Shown: positions 17,962-28,323 of the stretch, piece by piece | Layout: each line of letters begins with the position of its first letter | Position numbering within the stretch: position 1 is the stretch's first letter | Assembly (NCBI GenBank): GCA_963825525.1 | Contig: CAWGTN010000002.1 | Span: 768,001-832,000, forward strand | Direction of reading: 5' to 3' | Length of the DNA stretch: 64,000 nucleotides | Source of the DNA: an uncultured Chloroflexia bacterium | GTDB lineage: Bacteria; Chloroflexota; Limnocylindria; QHBO01 | The notes under the pieces: model-generated | Database searches by the model: none | Seen by the model: the letters and a program-made list of their open reading frames with translations, nothing else | What the model was told of the DNA's origin: nothing | Program-made: the position numbers and the translations under genes

Positions 17962-20802
17962 TCACGATTCGTGCTCACGCGTGCGTCTCACGAGCGTGAG
18001 AGCCGGCGAGCCCGCGAGCGTGTCGTCCCCCGAGCGCGTCTCAACCCGCGCTGCAGGGGCAATGCGCGCCCCGAAACGACGCCCAAGCGTGATCGCCACC
18101 CCGGCCATCCCGCCGGCCAGGATGAGGGCCGCACCCAGCCAACGCTGCGGCTCGCCGGTCGAGGTGTCGACCGCGCCCAGGGACGACAGGGGCTCGACGA
18201 CGATCCGTTCCCGGGTCAGGTGCGCCACCATGGCCAGGGACGGGGCGCGGCGAATCCCTTCGCAACCGACCACGAGCCGTGCCGGGCTGGACAGGGCGAT
18301 GCCGGTGATCGAGATCGGTCCGTTGGGAATCCGCTCCCGCCGACGGCAGATGACCTCGATGCGGACGCTGCCCTGCTTCAGCTGGAGCATCGGCTGGGAG
18401 CCACCGCCCACCATCCGGCCGACCAGGGAGACCCATGCCGGATCACTGCCCTCCGCGGGCATTGCAGCCATCGGCGCCGCGACCGGCATGACCCCGACCA
18501 CGGTCTGGCCCGCATCGCGTCCCAGCTCCACCATCCGAATTCCCGTCTGTGGCTGGACACCGACTCCGTGCAATCCCTCGAGCTCGAGGGAGATCGGTAA
18601 GCCGGCGCCGCCCGCGACGGCATCGAGGCGCGCTCCAGAGGCGGAGCCGATGGCGACCAGGCGCGACCCGTCCCACAGGAGCCCGGAGACTCCGAGCTCC
18701 GGCCAGGCGGTCGATACCAGGGTTGCCCCAACCCGAAGGGCGGCGAGGTCGGCCCGGCCCAGGACGTCGAGCGCAACGCCCGCCACGCCGCCCCCACCAT
18801 CCGATGTGGAGCCCGAGCCGTCGCCGCCTCCGCTCGACCCCGTGGGCACGGCCACGACCCGAACATCACTCGCCGCGGCGGGCCAGACCCGATACCCACG
18901 CTGTGGGAGCGCGCCGGTCGTTTCCTGGCCCAGGATGCCGCGCACTTCCACCCACGCACCGGCGGCCAGGGGGCCGGGATCCGCCGCCAGTTCGGCCCCG
19001 AGATACACGCGCAGCGGACCGCTGCCGTCGTCGACATCCACGGTGACCGAACCGCTCGACGCCCGCCGCGCCGACGCGACGAGTGCCCCGCGCACGACCA
19101 CCAGCTGCGCCTCGCGAGACTCGGCGGCATCCCCGGTCCGCATCGGAAGCGCCGGCGGAAGCTCCGTGGTTCCCAGGCGTCGAGGTGGGACCGTCACTCG
19201 CAGGGTCTCCATCCCGCTCTTCGTCGAGCGCGTTCCATGGACTTCGAGCAGCGCGCCGAGCTCGACGCGCCCGGACTCGTCGCCCAGGCGGATGAGGATC
19301 GCGCCGCTGGCATCCTGGATGGCGGCACTCGAAGCATCGACGATCCCTGATGGCAGGGTCACAACGCCGCGCACGATGACCTTCGCGTTCTTCGCCCGGG
19401 CCCTCGCCGAGGCAATGCTGATCACGTCGCCGTCGCTTGGGGCAGCCGACGGCGTCGGCGACGCGCCGGCGGGGGCGGAAGCAGTCGGCTGGGGCGTGGC
19501 CTCGTCTCCCACGCTCACGTCCTGCGCGTCTCGTGGCTGCAGGCGATAGCCGGCAGCGCCCGTGCCCGATGAGTCGCGCTGACCCAGCACGCCGACCACG
19601 GTGAGCGACCGTCCCGCGCCCCAGCTGTCGGTGGCAATCCCCGTCTCGCTGCCCACGATGACGCGAACGGCACCGCTGCCATCATCGACGTCGAACGCGA
19701 TGGCGCCGCTCAGGGCGGTGCCGCTACCCACCACGTGGCCCGCGATCCGAAGCAGTGTGGCCTCGTGCGTCTCCGCGATGGCCCCGGTCGCAGCCGCGAC
19801 CGCCGCCGGTGCCACGCCCGTGCCGATGATCTCAACGTCGGCCGCGACCGCGCGCAGCGTCCGCTGGGCGTATCGATCGCTGATGACGCCCCTGATGCGC
19901 ACGCGCTCACCGCGTTCGAATCCCCCACCGTCGACGATCACGGCGATCCCCGCGCTTTCGTCCGCCACGTAGCCACCGCCATCGCTGAACGTCGCGCCGG
20001 TCAGTGCGTCGCCCTCGATGGTCGCCGTGCTGCCGTCAGGCAGCGAGCGCGCTGCGGCGATCGACACGCTGGCCGGGGCCGGCGCGGTCGGCGTGGGGGT
20101 CGCAGGTGGCGGCGTGCCGACCGCGGGAGTCGGCGTCGGAGATGGGGTCGGGGTTGGAACGGCGGTCGGGGTCGGGGTGGGGGTGCCCAGGGGATCCGGC
20201 ACGGGTGCCGATCCTCGGTTCTGCGGGTCGGGAAGGAGGCGGACGACGAAGTCGGCGGCATTGTCGTGGGTGTCCTGCGTCGATCCGGCGCTGCCGCCGG
20301 GAAGCCGCTCGATGCTCGACCCGGCGGGAGGTGCGGCTGCGGCACCGCCCTCGAGCCACGAGCCGGCGGCCGTGCCCCAGCCAACGGCATCGATGGCGGT
20401 GACGGCGCCCTGGATGCGAAGGGCGACACTGCCGCCGGTCGCCGCCATCCCGCTCCCGTAGGTGGCATCGGCGATGGCCGCATAGATCCCAAGCTCGTGG
20501 GCGACGAGCAGGTGTCCCCCCGGCGGCAACGGCGCGTCGCCGGTATCCCATGCAGCGCGGCGCGTGACCGTGGCACCGCTCGACGTGATGTAGACGAGCT
20601 CCAGGCCCTCGACAGGAAGCGCCTCGTCGGCGGGGTTGTAGATTTCGATCAGCTCGTCGCTGGCACTCGTGCCCCCGGTTGCCAACTCACTGATCACGAG
20701 GTGATCGGTCACGGCGTCCACCGGCCGCGCCGACCCGATGGAGAACAGCGCCCCCACGATCGACGCACCGAGCATCAGACGGAACCAGGTCGACAAGCGC
20801 AC
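17962..20802 (-). CDS. secreted, membrane-anchored lamin-tail-domain protein with tandem OB-fold-like repeats
   Basis: Signal peptide; LVISEL..GG..ASDELIEIYNP...DAVGWG...DTHDNAADF; PT linker; two SIAxAR...DVDDGSG...GY repeats; C-terminal TM. Confidence 0.8.
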   Translation of the reverse strand: MRLSTWFRLMLGASIVGALFSIGSARPVDAVTDHLVISELATGGTSASDELIEIYNPADEALPVEGLELVYITSSGATVTRRAAWDTGDAPLPPGGHLLVAHELGIYAAIADATYGSGMAATGGSVALRIQGAVTAIDAVGWGTAAGSWLEGGAAAAPPAGSSIERLPGGSAGSTQDTHDNAADFVVRLLPDPQNRGSAPVPDPLGTPTPTPTAVPTPTPSPTPTPAVGTPPPATPTPTAPAPASVSIAAARSLPDGSTATIEGDALTGATFSDGGGYVADESAGIAVIVDGGGFERGERVRIRGVISDRYAQRTLRAVAADVEIIGTGVAPAAVAAATGAIAETHEATLLRIAGHVVGSGTALSGAIAFDVDDGSGAVRVIVGSETGIATDSWGAGRSLTVVGVLGQRDSSGTGAAGYRLQPRDAQDVSVGDEATPQPTASAPAGASPTPSAAPSDGDVISIASARARAKNAKVIVRGVVTLPSGIVDASSAAIQDASGAILIRLGDESGRVELGALLEVHGTRSTKSGMETLRVTVPPRRLGTTELPPALPMRTGDAAESREAQLVVVRGALVASARRASSGSVTVDVDDGSGPLRVYLGAELAADPGPLAAGAWVEVRGILGQETTGALPQRGYRVWPAAASDVRVVAVPTGSSGGGDGSGSTSDGGGGVAGVALDVLGRADLAALRVGATLVSTAWPELGVSGLLWDGSRLVAIGSASGARLDAVAGGAGLPISLELEGLHGVGVQPQTGIRMVELGRDAGQTVVGVMPVAAPMAAMPAEGSDPAWVSLVGRMVGGGSQPMLQLKQGSVRIEVICRRRERIPNGPISITGIALSSPARLVVGCEGIRRAPSLAMVAHLTRERIVVEPLSSLGAVDTSTGEPQRWLGAALILAGGMAGVAITLGRRFGARIAPAARVETRSGDDTLAGSPALTLVRRTREHES

Positions 20803-20913
20803 GGAACACCTCCTGTCGGAGGCGCAGGCGGACGAAGTCTGCCGAGTGCCCGATTACCGTGCGATCTCGCGTCCGCTTACCGGGCAGGGCGAGCCACAGT
20901 ACAATCGGCGGCC

Positions 20914-21555
20914 ATGTCCTCAGATGAACGAACCCGCCGTGCCGAGGCCCGGCGACGTCGCCGCATGGCGGCACGCGGTGAACAAGCGGAGACGGTAGAG
21001 CCCGAAGTCGAGCCCGAGGTCGCCCAACGACGGGGCGGCATCCTCGATCGTCTGTTCCCACCGGCTCCGCCCCTGCCCAACCGACCGGATCCGCTCGCCG
21101 GCTATGCCGGAGACGGGCCCCTGTCGCCCATCACCAAGCGCATCTTCCTGCTGCGAAGCAACCCACTGGCCTGGCTGGTTCCCGGTGTGATCTCGTCCAT
21201 CGGCCTCTACGCCTCGATCACGTACGTCAACAATCCGATCGGGCTCTTCGGCACGTTCCTCCTGTTCGGCGGGCTGATCGCCGCCGGATGGTTCGGATGG
21301 CAGCGCCCGAGCCTCTTTGGAGTCGCGGCCGCGATCCTGGGTTTCGTGATTGCCACGGCCATCGTCCTCTTCTCGTTCTCTGCGCAGGGGGCGACGCCGG
21401 ATACATTCGCCGCGAGCGCCGTGATCCTGAACCTGTTCATCCAGGCCCTCTACCAGTCGGCGCTCGGTTTCCTGGGAGGCTGGTACGGCGGATATCTACG
21501 GCGACGCCAGACGCAGCTCAGCGGGCAGCAGCCGGGTCGAACGCGTAAGCGGTAG
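20914..21555 (+). CDS. hypothetical membrane protein
   Basis: Arg-rich N-terminus followed by about 4 hydrophobic segments; TACAAT 8 nt upstream of the ATG. Confidence 0.7.
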   Translation: MSSDERTRRAEARRRRRMAARGEQAETVEPEVEPEVAQRRGGILDRLFPPAPPLPNRPDPLAGYAGDGPLSPITKRIFLLRSNPLAWLVPGVISSIGLYASITYVNNPIGLFGTFLLFGGLIAAGWFGWQRPSLFGVAAAILGFVIATAIVLFSFSAQGATPDTFAASAVILNLFIQALYQSALGFLGGWYGGYLRRRQTQLSGQQPGRTRKR

Positions 21556-21724
21556 CGGACGCGCGAAATCGGCACGCCACTTGCTGGTGGATATGGCGTG
21601 GACGCGGGAGCGACCCGGTTCGCGCGGAATAGCGAGTGAATGCCCGTCGCTGACGGAAGCTCGGGCCAGACGCGACATGTTGCGGCACTCCTCGTTTGCG
21701 TGAACCCGCTCACCGGTCTCACGG

Positions 21725-21767
21725 GGCCGTCGGATTCCAGGACCCTCCGTACTGGAATCCGGCGGCC
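21725..21767. terminator. long hairpin downstream of carB
   Basis: GGCCGTCGGATTCCAG-N11-CTGGAATCCGGCGGCC, 16-bp stem with one G-U. Confidence 0.6.
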
Positions 21768-21795
21768 TCTCGTCTCCCCCTGGCTGCAACCGACG

Positions 21796-24595
21796 TCAGG
21801 GTTGTCCGTGCGCCGCCACCGCCAGGCGCGCCATCTCCGTCGCCTCTTCGGCCGTGTCGCCGATGCCGAGCACCTCTCCGGTGGATCGCATCTCGGGGCC
21901 AAGCTCGTGACTGACGCCCGGCAGGCGCCAGAGTGATCCGACCGGCGCCTTCACCGCCACGCGTGGAGCGTCCAACGCAAGCCCGCGCGGCAGGCCCACA
22001 TCCGCCAGGGACTCACCGAGCGCGCATCTGACGGCGGCTGCCACGATGTCGATGCCGGTCGCCTTTGCGACGATGGGAACGGTGCGACTGGCCCGCGGGT
22101 TGGCCTCGATCACCACCACGCGGTCCCCGGTCACGATCATCTGGACGTTGACGATGCCGCGCAACCCGAGAGCCATGGCAATCCGCCCGGCCGCTTCCGC
22201 TGCCAGTTCCTGCATCCCTCGACTCACGCGTTGTGGCGGCAGGACGGCGACACTGTCGCCCGAGTGCACCCCCGGCGGGTCGATCTGCTCCAGGATTCCC
22301 GGCACCGCCCAGTCGACCCCGTCGCTTATGGCATCGACATCCAGCTCGATCCCATCCACCAGCTCGTCGACCCGGAGTGGCCACCCCACGTCCGTCGCGA
22401 GGTAGCCCCGGACGTCCGACTCGTCGCGCAGTACCGCGATGCCACGCCCGCCGATGACCCATGACGGGCGGACGATGACGGGGAGGCCTCCGAGTCCGGC
22501 GATGGCAGCCCGCAACCCCGTCTCGTCGGTGGCCAATGCTCCCCGTGGCCCGGCGATGCCGAGCTCGTCCAGGAGCGCCGCGAACCGCTCGCGATCCTCG
22601 GTGACGTCGATCGCCTCCGCCGAGAGCCCGGCGATCGGTACGTCGGCGTAGGCGAGGTCGCGCGCCAGGTCGATCGCCGTCTGGCCGCCGAACGTCAGCA
22701 CCACCATCGGCGGCGTGCCGGTCAGCGCTCGTTCGTGGTCGATGATGTCGAGCACGCTCTCGGTGTCGAGCGGTTCGAAATAGAGGCGCGTGCATGCGTC
22801 GTAGTCCGTCGAGACCGTCTCGGGGTTGTTGTTGATCACGACGGCGTCGAGCCCCATCTCGCGCACCGCCCACGCCGCGCGGACACTGCAGTAGTCGAAC
22901 TCGATGCCCTGCCCGATGCGGATCGGACCTGATCCGACCACGATCACGCTCTGCCGTTCGGCCGGGGGCGCCACCTCCGGATCGGCGTAGCTCGAGTAGA
23001 AGTACGGCGTCTCGGCCGGGAACTCGCCGGCGCACGTGTCGACCCGCCGATAGGACGGGTGGATGCCCGATCGAACGCGGGCACGCCGAATCGCGGCCCA
23101 TGGAACGCCCGACAGGGTCGCCACGTCGGCGTCACCGAAGCCGGTCCGCTTTGCGTCGAGCAGCGACGAGCCGACGAGTGCAGCTTCGGCGGTGACCAGC
23201 TCGGCGATCCGGTCGGTGAACCATGGCGCGATGCCGGTCGCCTCCGCGATATCCGCGGCATCGGCCCAGCCATGCCGCATGAGTCCGATGATCCGCCACA
23301 GGCGTGTATCGGTCGGTGCCAGGAATGCGCGCAGATCGTCCGGTGCTCGATGGCTGAGCCCCCAGGCCGGGTCCTCCCACAGCCACCCTCGTCCCCTCGG
23401 CTCGAGCGATCTGATCGCCTTGAGCAGCGCCGCACCGAACTCACGGTCGATGGCCATCGCTTCGCCGGTCGCCTTCATCTGGACGCCCAGGCTGCGGTCG
23501 GCGCCGGGGAACTTGTCGAACGGCCAGCGTGGGAGCTTGACGACGACGTAGTCGACCGCTGGCTCGAAGGCGGCGCTGTTGCCGTTGGTGGCCGGGTTCG
23601 GCATCTCGTGCAGCCGCTTCCCCAGCGCGATCAGCGCCGCGATGCGCGCGATCGGATAGCCGGTGGCCTTGGACGCCAGCGCCGATGAGCGCGAGACGCG
23701 CGGGTTGACCTCGATCACCCGGTAGTCGGAGCCATCGGGCGCCACCGCCAGCTGGACGTTGCAGCCACCCTCCAGCCTCAGGGCGCGCACGATCTTCAGC
23801 GCGCATCGACGCAGGCGCTGGACCACTGGATCGGGCAGTGTCTGGATCGGGGCCACCACGATGCTGTCGCCGGTGTGCACGCCCATCGGGTCCAGGTTCT
23901 CCATCCCGCAGATCGCGATCGTGGTATCCACCGCGTCGCGCAGCACCTCGAACTCGATCTCGTACCAGCCCAGCAGGCTTCGCTCGACCAGCACCTGGCC
24001 GATGGGACTGGCGGCGATGCCGGCGGCGATGCGAACCCGTGCCTCGTCCGGGGTCGAGGCGAAGCCGCCGCCACCGCCGCCCAGCGTGAACGCGGGGCGA
24101 ATGACGATCGGCGCCCCCAGGTCATGGAAGAACGTCATGCCGTCCTCGACTCGACTCGACCACCGCACTCTCGGGCACGGGCTCCCCGATCCCCGTCACG
24201 AGGTCGCGAAAGCCACCGCGATCCTCCGCCGCCCGGACCGCCGCCAGTGGAGTGCCGAGCACGCGGACCCCATAGCGAGCAAGCACGCCTGCGTCGTCGA
24301 GCGCGACGGCGAGGTTGAGTCCCGTCTGTCCCCCGAGCGTCGGCAGCAGGGCATCGGGACGGTGCTCCTCGATGACCCGCGTCACGTAGGCGAGCGTGAG
24401 CGGGCCGATGAGCACCGTTCCGCCCACGTCGGGGTCGGTCATGACCGTCGCCGGGTTCGAGTTGACCAGGATCGTCTCGACCCCTTCGCCCCGCAGCGCC
24501 AGGCAGGCCTGGACACCCGCGTAATCGAACTCGGCGGCCTGGCCGATGAGGATCGGGCCGGAGCCGATGACCAGGACCTTGCGCGGCACCGTCAT
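21796..24595 (-). CDS. carB: carbamoyl-phosphate synthase large subunit (one apparent extra base near 24150; no C-terminal MGS domain)
   Basis: [22 protein letters not shown] (ORF 24122..24595) continues as [37 protein letters not shown] (ORF 21796..24168). Confidence 0.93.
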
Positions 24596-25755
24596 GCCAG
24601 CGCCTGCTCCACCGCCAGGTCGAAGACGCGCGTCGCATCGATCGGTCCGGGCGCCCCCTCCGGATGGAACTGCACCGACGCGACGCGGCCGCCGTGGTGC
24701 ATTAGGCCCTCGACCGTTCCGTCGTTGAGGTCCCGGTGGCTGACCGCGTAGCCGGCGGCTCCCAGTGCCGGACCATCGACCACCGCCACCTCGTGGTTGT
24801 GGGCGCCGATATCGACGCGCCCGGTCTCGGCCTCCAGCACCGCGTGGTTGCCGCCGTGGTGACCGACGCCGAGCCGTGATGTCACCGCGCCGGCGGCCAG
24901 GGCAAGCAGCTGGTGCCCGAGACAGACGCCGAGGACCGGTGTGCCGCCGCCGATTGCGGCGTCCGCGAGCTGGCGCGCGACCTCGATCTGTGGTGCCATG
25001 CGCGAGGGATCTCCCGGCCCGGGCGACAGGACCACCAGGCTCGGTGCGGTGCTCGCGACATCTGCCGCGCTCGCATCGGGCGGAAGAACGGTGATGTCGA
25101 GCCCGCGGGAGGCAAGCGCCGCGAGCAGCGATCGCTTGACGCCGTAGTCGATCAGAGTCGCCCGCCCACGCGCCGGGCCGACGGCAGCGACCCGGTACGA
25201 GGTGAGCGTCGCGACCGAGGAGACGTGGTCGATGGAGGCCCAGGCCCGGGTGGCAGCTGCCAGCTCGACGGCTTCCTCGTCGGACTCCTCGCCGTCACGT
25301 ATCACCGCCCGCCGCAGCGTCCCGCGTCGCAGCTCAAGGGTCAGCGCACGGGTGTCTGTCCCGCTGAGGATGGGAATGCCGGCGTCGACGGCAAGCTCCT
25401 CCAGCGAGACGCCCGGTCCGTCGGGCGGGGTGACGAGCCGCGAACAGACGAGCCCCCGCGCATGAACACGGCTCGACTCGAGCTCATCGGGCGTGATGCG
25501 GTAGTTGCCGGCCATCGGGTGCGTGAGGACGACGATCTGTCCCGCGTACGACGGATCGGTCAGGATCTCCCCCCAGCCGGTCGCCGCCGTGGTGAAGATC
25601 AGGTCGCCTTCCGCGGCTGTGCCGGACCCGCGAAGGATCCCCCGCTGCACCCGGCCGCCCTCGAGCGCGACCAGGCCCGGAATGGAACGAGGCACCGTCC
25701 GCGATGCTGCGGCTGGCGCCTCGGAATGCTGCTCGAGATTCGAGATGGTCTGCAC
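24592..25755 (-). CDS. carA: carbamoyl-phosphate synthase small subunit
   Basis: [32 protein letters not shown]. Confidence 0.95.
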   Translation of the reverse strand: MQTISNLEQHSEAPAAASRTVPRSIPGLVALEGGRVQRGILRGSGTAAEGDLIFTTAATGWGEILTDPSYAGQIVVLTHPMAGNYRITPDELESSRVHARGLVCSRLVTPPDGPGVSLEELAVDAGIPILSGTDTRALTLELRRGTLRRAVIRDGEESDEEAVELAAATRAWASIDHVSSVATLTSYRVAAVGPARGRATLIDYGVKRSLLAALASRGLDITVLPPDASAADVASTAPSLVVLSPGPGDPSRMAPQIEVARQLADAAIGGGTPVLGVCLGHQLLALAAGAVTSRLGVGHHGGNHAVLEAETGRVDIGAHNHEVAVVDGPALGAAGYAVSHRDLNDGTVEGLMHHGGRVASVQFHPEGAPGPIDATRVFDLAVEQALA

Positions 25756-25869
25756 CTGTGCTCCTTCCCGGCCTCACCGTGCCGGTCTTAAAGGACCGTC
25801 GTGGAGTCTAGACGATCCTTCGCCTCGTCGATCGAATTCGGTAGCGCACCACGCGATGGCGATCCACGA

Positions 25870-25907
25870 GTTGCATGATCATGCATCAGAGTGTATGAAT
25901 ACTCAAG
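25870..25907. promoter_or_regulatory. tandem ARG boxes (ArgR operator) between divergent carAB and argH
   Basis: Palindrome TGCATGATCATGCA (25872-25885) and weaker TGTATGAATACTCA (25892-25905), offset by 20 bp; argR lies in the adjacent operon. Confidence 0.85.
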
Positions 25908-27307
25908 TGAACGACCCGCGACAGTCCGCCCTGTGGGGTGGCCGCTTCCAGTCCCCCGCCGCCGATGCCGCCCTCGACCTGTCGGGCTCGCTCGACATCG
26001 ACCTGCCCCTGGCCACCCACGACGTGGCAGCCAGCCGTGCCCACGTGGACGAACTCCTGGCACTCGGCATGGTCGAAGAGGGGCAGGCCGCACAGCTCGA
26101 CGCTGCCCTGGCCTCGATCGGCGAACGCCTGGCGAACGGGACGTTCGAATGGCGGCCCGAACACGAGGACGTCCACATGAACGTGGAGGCCGCCCTCATC
26201 GGGGAGGTCGGGCCCGAGCTCGGTGGAATGCTCCAGGCCGGTCGGAGCCGCAACGAGGAGATCGTCACCGACGAGCGCATGTGGCTGCGGGGCGCGGTCG
26301 CCGAGCTGGTCGCCGGCGTTCGTGGCCTGCAGACGATCCTCATCGATCGCGCGGAATCGGAGATCGGCACGATTCTGCCCGCCCACACCCATACCCAACC
26401 CGCCCAGCCCGTGCTGCTGGCGCATCACCTCATGGCCTACGCCGAGATGCTCGACCGGGATGCTGCACGGCTCGCTGCCGCCGCCGCCCGGGCCAACCGC
26501 TCGCCCTCCGGTTCCGGCGCCGTGGCGGGCTCGGGGCTGGCGCTTGATCGCCATCGTGTCGCCGCCACGCTGGGCTTCGACGACGTCACCGACAACTCGA
26601 TCGATGCGGTGGCCGATCGCGACTACGCGCTCGAGGCCGTGTCGGCGATCGCCATCCTCATGGGCCACCTGTCGCGCATGGGCGGCGAGCTGGTGCTGTG
26701 GTCGACCCCGTATCTCGGGTTTGCCCGTCTCGACGACGCGTACTCGAGCGGCAGCTCGATGCTGCCGAACAAGCGGAACCCGGACAGCGCCGAGCTGGTG
26801 CGTGCCCGCGCGGCGCGCGTTGAGGGCGACCTCCTCGTCCTCCTGACGATCGCTCGCGGACTCCCGCTGGCCTACCACCGCGACCTCCAGGAGACGCGCC
26901 GACCGATGTTCGATGCCGTGGCCTCGGCACGGCTGTGCCTGGAGGTCATGGGCGGCATCTTCGCCACCGTGACGTTCGATCGGGAGCGGATGCAGGCAGC
27001 CGCGGGGGGCGGACACTCCCGGGCGGTGATCCTCGCCGATCGCCTCGTGGCGCGCGGGGTGCCGTTTCGCGAGGCCCACCAGCGCATTGGTCGGATGGTG
27101 GCATCCGCCGAAGCTTCGGGCATCGACCTCGCCGAGCTGCCGAGTGCCGAGCTCGCGGCACAGCTGCCCGAGCTCGACGCTGATCCGATGCCGACGCTGC
27201 TCGACGCGGTCGAGGCGGCCGATGTGCACGGGGGGACGGCGCCGGGCCGCGTCCGGGCCGCGCTCGACGCCCTTCGCGCTCGGCTCGACGCGGCGGCACG
27301 CACATGA
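25907..27307 (+). CDS. argH: argininosuccinate lyase
   Basis: LWGGRF, EDVHMNVE, GRSRNE, SSGSSMLPNKRNPD; alternative ATG at 25895. Confidence 0.96.
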   Translation: MNDPRQSALWGGRFQSPAADAALDLSGSLDIDLPLATHDVAASRAHVDELLALGMVEEGQAAQLDAALASIGERLANGTFEWRPEHEDVHMNVEAALIGEVGPELGGMLQAGRSRNEEIVTDERMWLRGAVAELVAGVRGLQTILIDRAESEIGTILPAHTHTQPAQPVLLAHHLMAYAEMLDRDAARLAAAAARANRSPSGSGAVAGSGLALDRHRVAATLGFDDVTDNSIDAVADRDYALEAVSAIAILMGHLSRMGGELVLWSTPYLGFARLDDAYSSGSSMLPNKRNPDSAELVRARAARVEGDLLVLLTIARGLPLAYHRDLQETRRPMFDAVASARLCLEVMGGIFATVTFDRERMQAAAGGGHSRAVILADRLVARGVPFREAHQRIGRMVASAEASGIDLAELPSAELAAQLPELDADPMPTLLDAVEAADVHGGTAPGRVRAALDALRARLDAAART

Positions 27308-28323
27308 GCGCATCGATTCGCGTCGCCGTGGTGGGTGCCGCGGGCTATGCGGGCGGTGAGCTGGTGCGACTCCTGGCCGGACACCCGTCGGTCGAGCTCA
27401 CATCGGTCCACGCGCGTGGACGGGACGGCGACGTCCTGGCCAGTGCACAGCCGCACCTGGCGCCCCTCGGCCTCCGCCTGAGCGGCGACGAGCCCGAGAA
27501 CGTCGACGTGGCATTCCTGGCGCTGCCCCACGGCGCATCGGCGCCGCTCGCGTCACGCCTCGTCGCCGCGGGAACCACCGTGATCGACATCGGCGCCGAC
27601 TTCCGGCTCCGCGATCCCGCCGCGTACGCGACCTGGTACGGAGCCGAGCATCCGGCCCCCGAGCTGCTTCCGAGCGCGGTGTACGGCCTGACCGAGTGGT
27701 CGCGCGATTCGTTGAAGGATGCCCGCCTCATCGCGAATCCCGGGTGCTACCCGACTGCCGCGCTCCTGGCGCTGAGCCCCTTCGCGCGCGCCGGCCTGGT
27801 GGACGGGGACGTCATTGTCGACGCCAAGTCGGGCATCAGCGGAGCGGGCCGCGGTGCCGGGGCGGACTACCTGTTCACCGAGCTCACCGAATCGACCCGG
27901 GCGTACGGACTCGACGGTCATCGTCATCGGCCGGAGATCGAACAGGGACTGGCGGACGCCGGCGCATCGGTCGCGGTGACGTTCGTCCCGCACCTCGTGC
28001 CGCAGTCGCGGGGACTGCTGGCGACCTGCTACGTCACCCTCACGGCGGACCTCGACGACGCGCAGCTGGCCGCCATCCTGGACGAGGCCTACGCCGCCGA
28101 GCGGTTCGTGCATGTCGTCGACGCGCCGCCTGCCACCAAGCAGGCGACCGGGTCGAATCACGCGTTCGTCCACGTCCGGCGCGTTGGCCCGAGCAGGGCG
28201 GTCGTGCTGTGTGCCATCGACAACCTCGGGAAGGGGGCTGCCGGCCAGGCGATCCAGAACATGAACGTCGCGCTCGGCCTCGAGGAGTCGGCCGGTATCG
28301 GCGCGCTCGGAGTCCACCCGTGA
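27304..28323 (+). CDS. argC: N-acetyl-gamma-glutamyl-phosphate reductase
   Basis: GAAGYAGGEL, ANPGCYPT, DNLGKGAAGQA. Confidence 0.97.
   Translation: MSASIRVAVVGAAGYAGGELVRLLAGHPSVELTSVHARGRDGDVLASAQPHLAPLGLRLSGDEPENVDVAFLALPHGASAPLASRLVAAGTTVIDIGADFRLRDPAAYATWYGAEHPAPELLPSAVYGLTEWSRDSLKDARLIANPGCYPTAALLALSPFARAGLVDGDVIVDAKSGISGAGRGAGADYLFTELTESTRAYGLDGHRHRPEIEQGLADAGASVAVTFVPHLVPQSRGLLATCYVTLTADLDDAQLAAILDEAYAAERFVHVVDAPPATKQATGSNHAFVHVRRVGPSRAVVLCAIDNLGKGAAGQAIQNMNVALGLEESAGIGALGVHP

Noticed and set aside
20090-20190. Repetitive GGGGTC/GGCGTC DNA as a separate repeat element
   Set aside because: Explained by the Pro-Thr linker of the lamin-tail protein
24140-24165. Programmed frameshift in carB (also considered for dnaE2 and hemA)
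   Set aside because: No slippery heptamer; removing one base restores the expected VVES-VED reading; similar indels are scattered through the window
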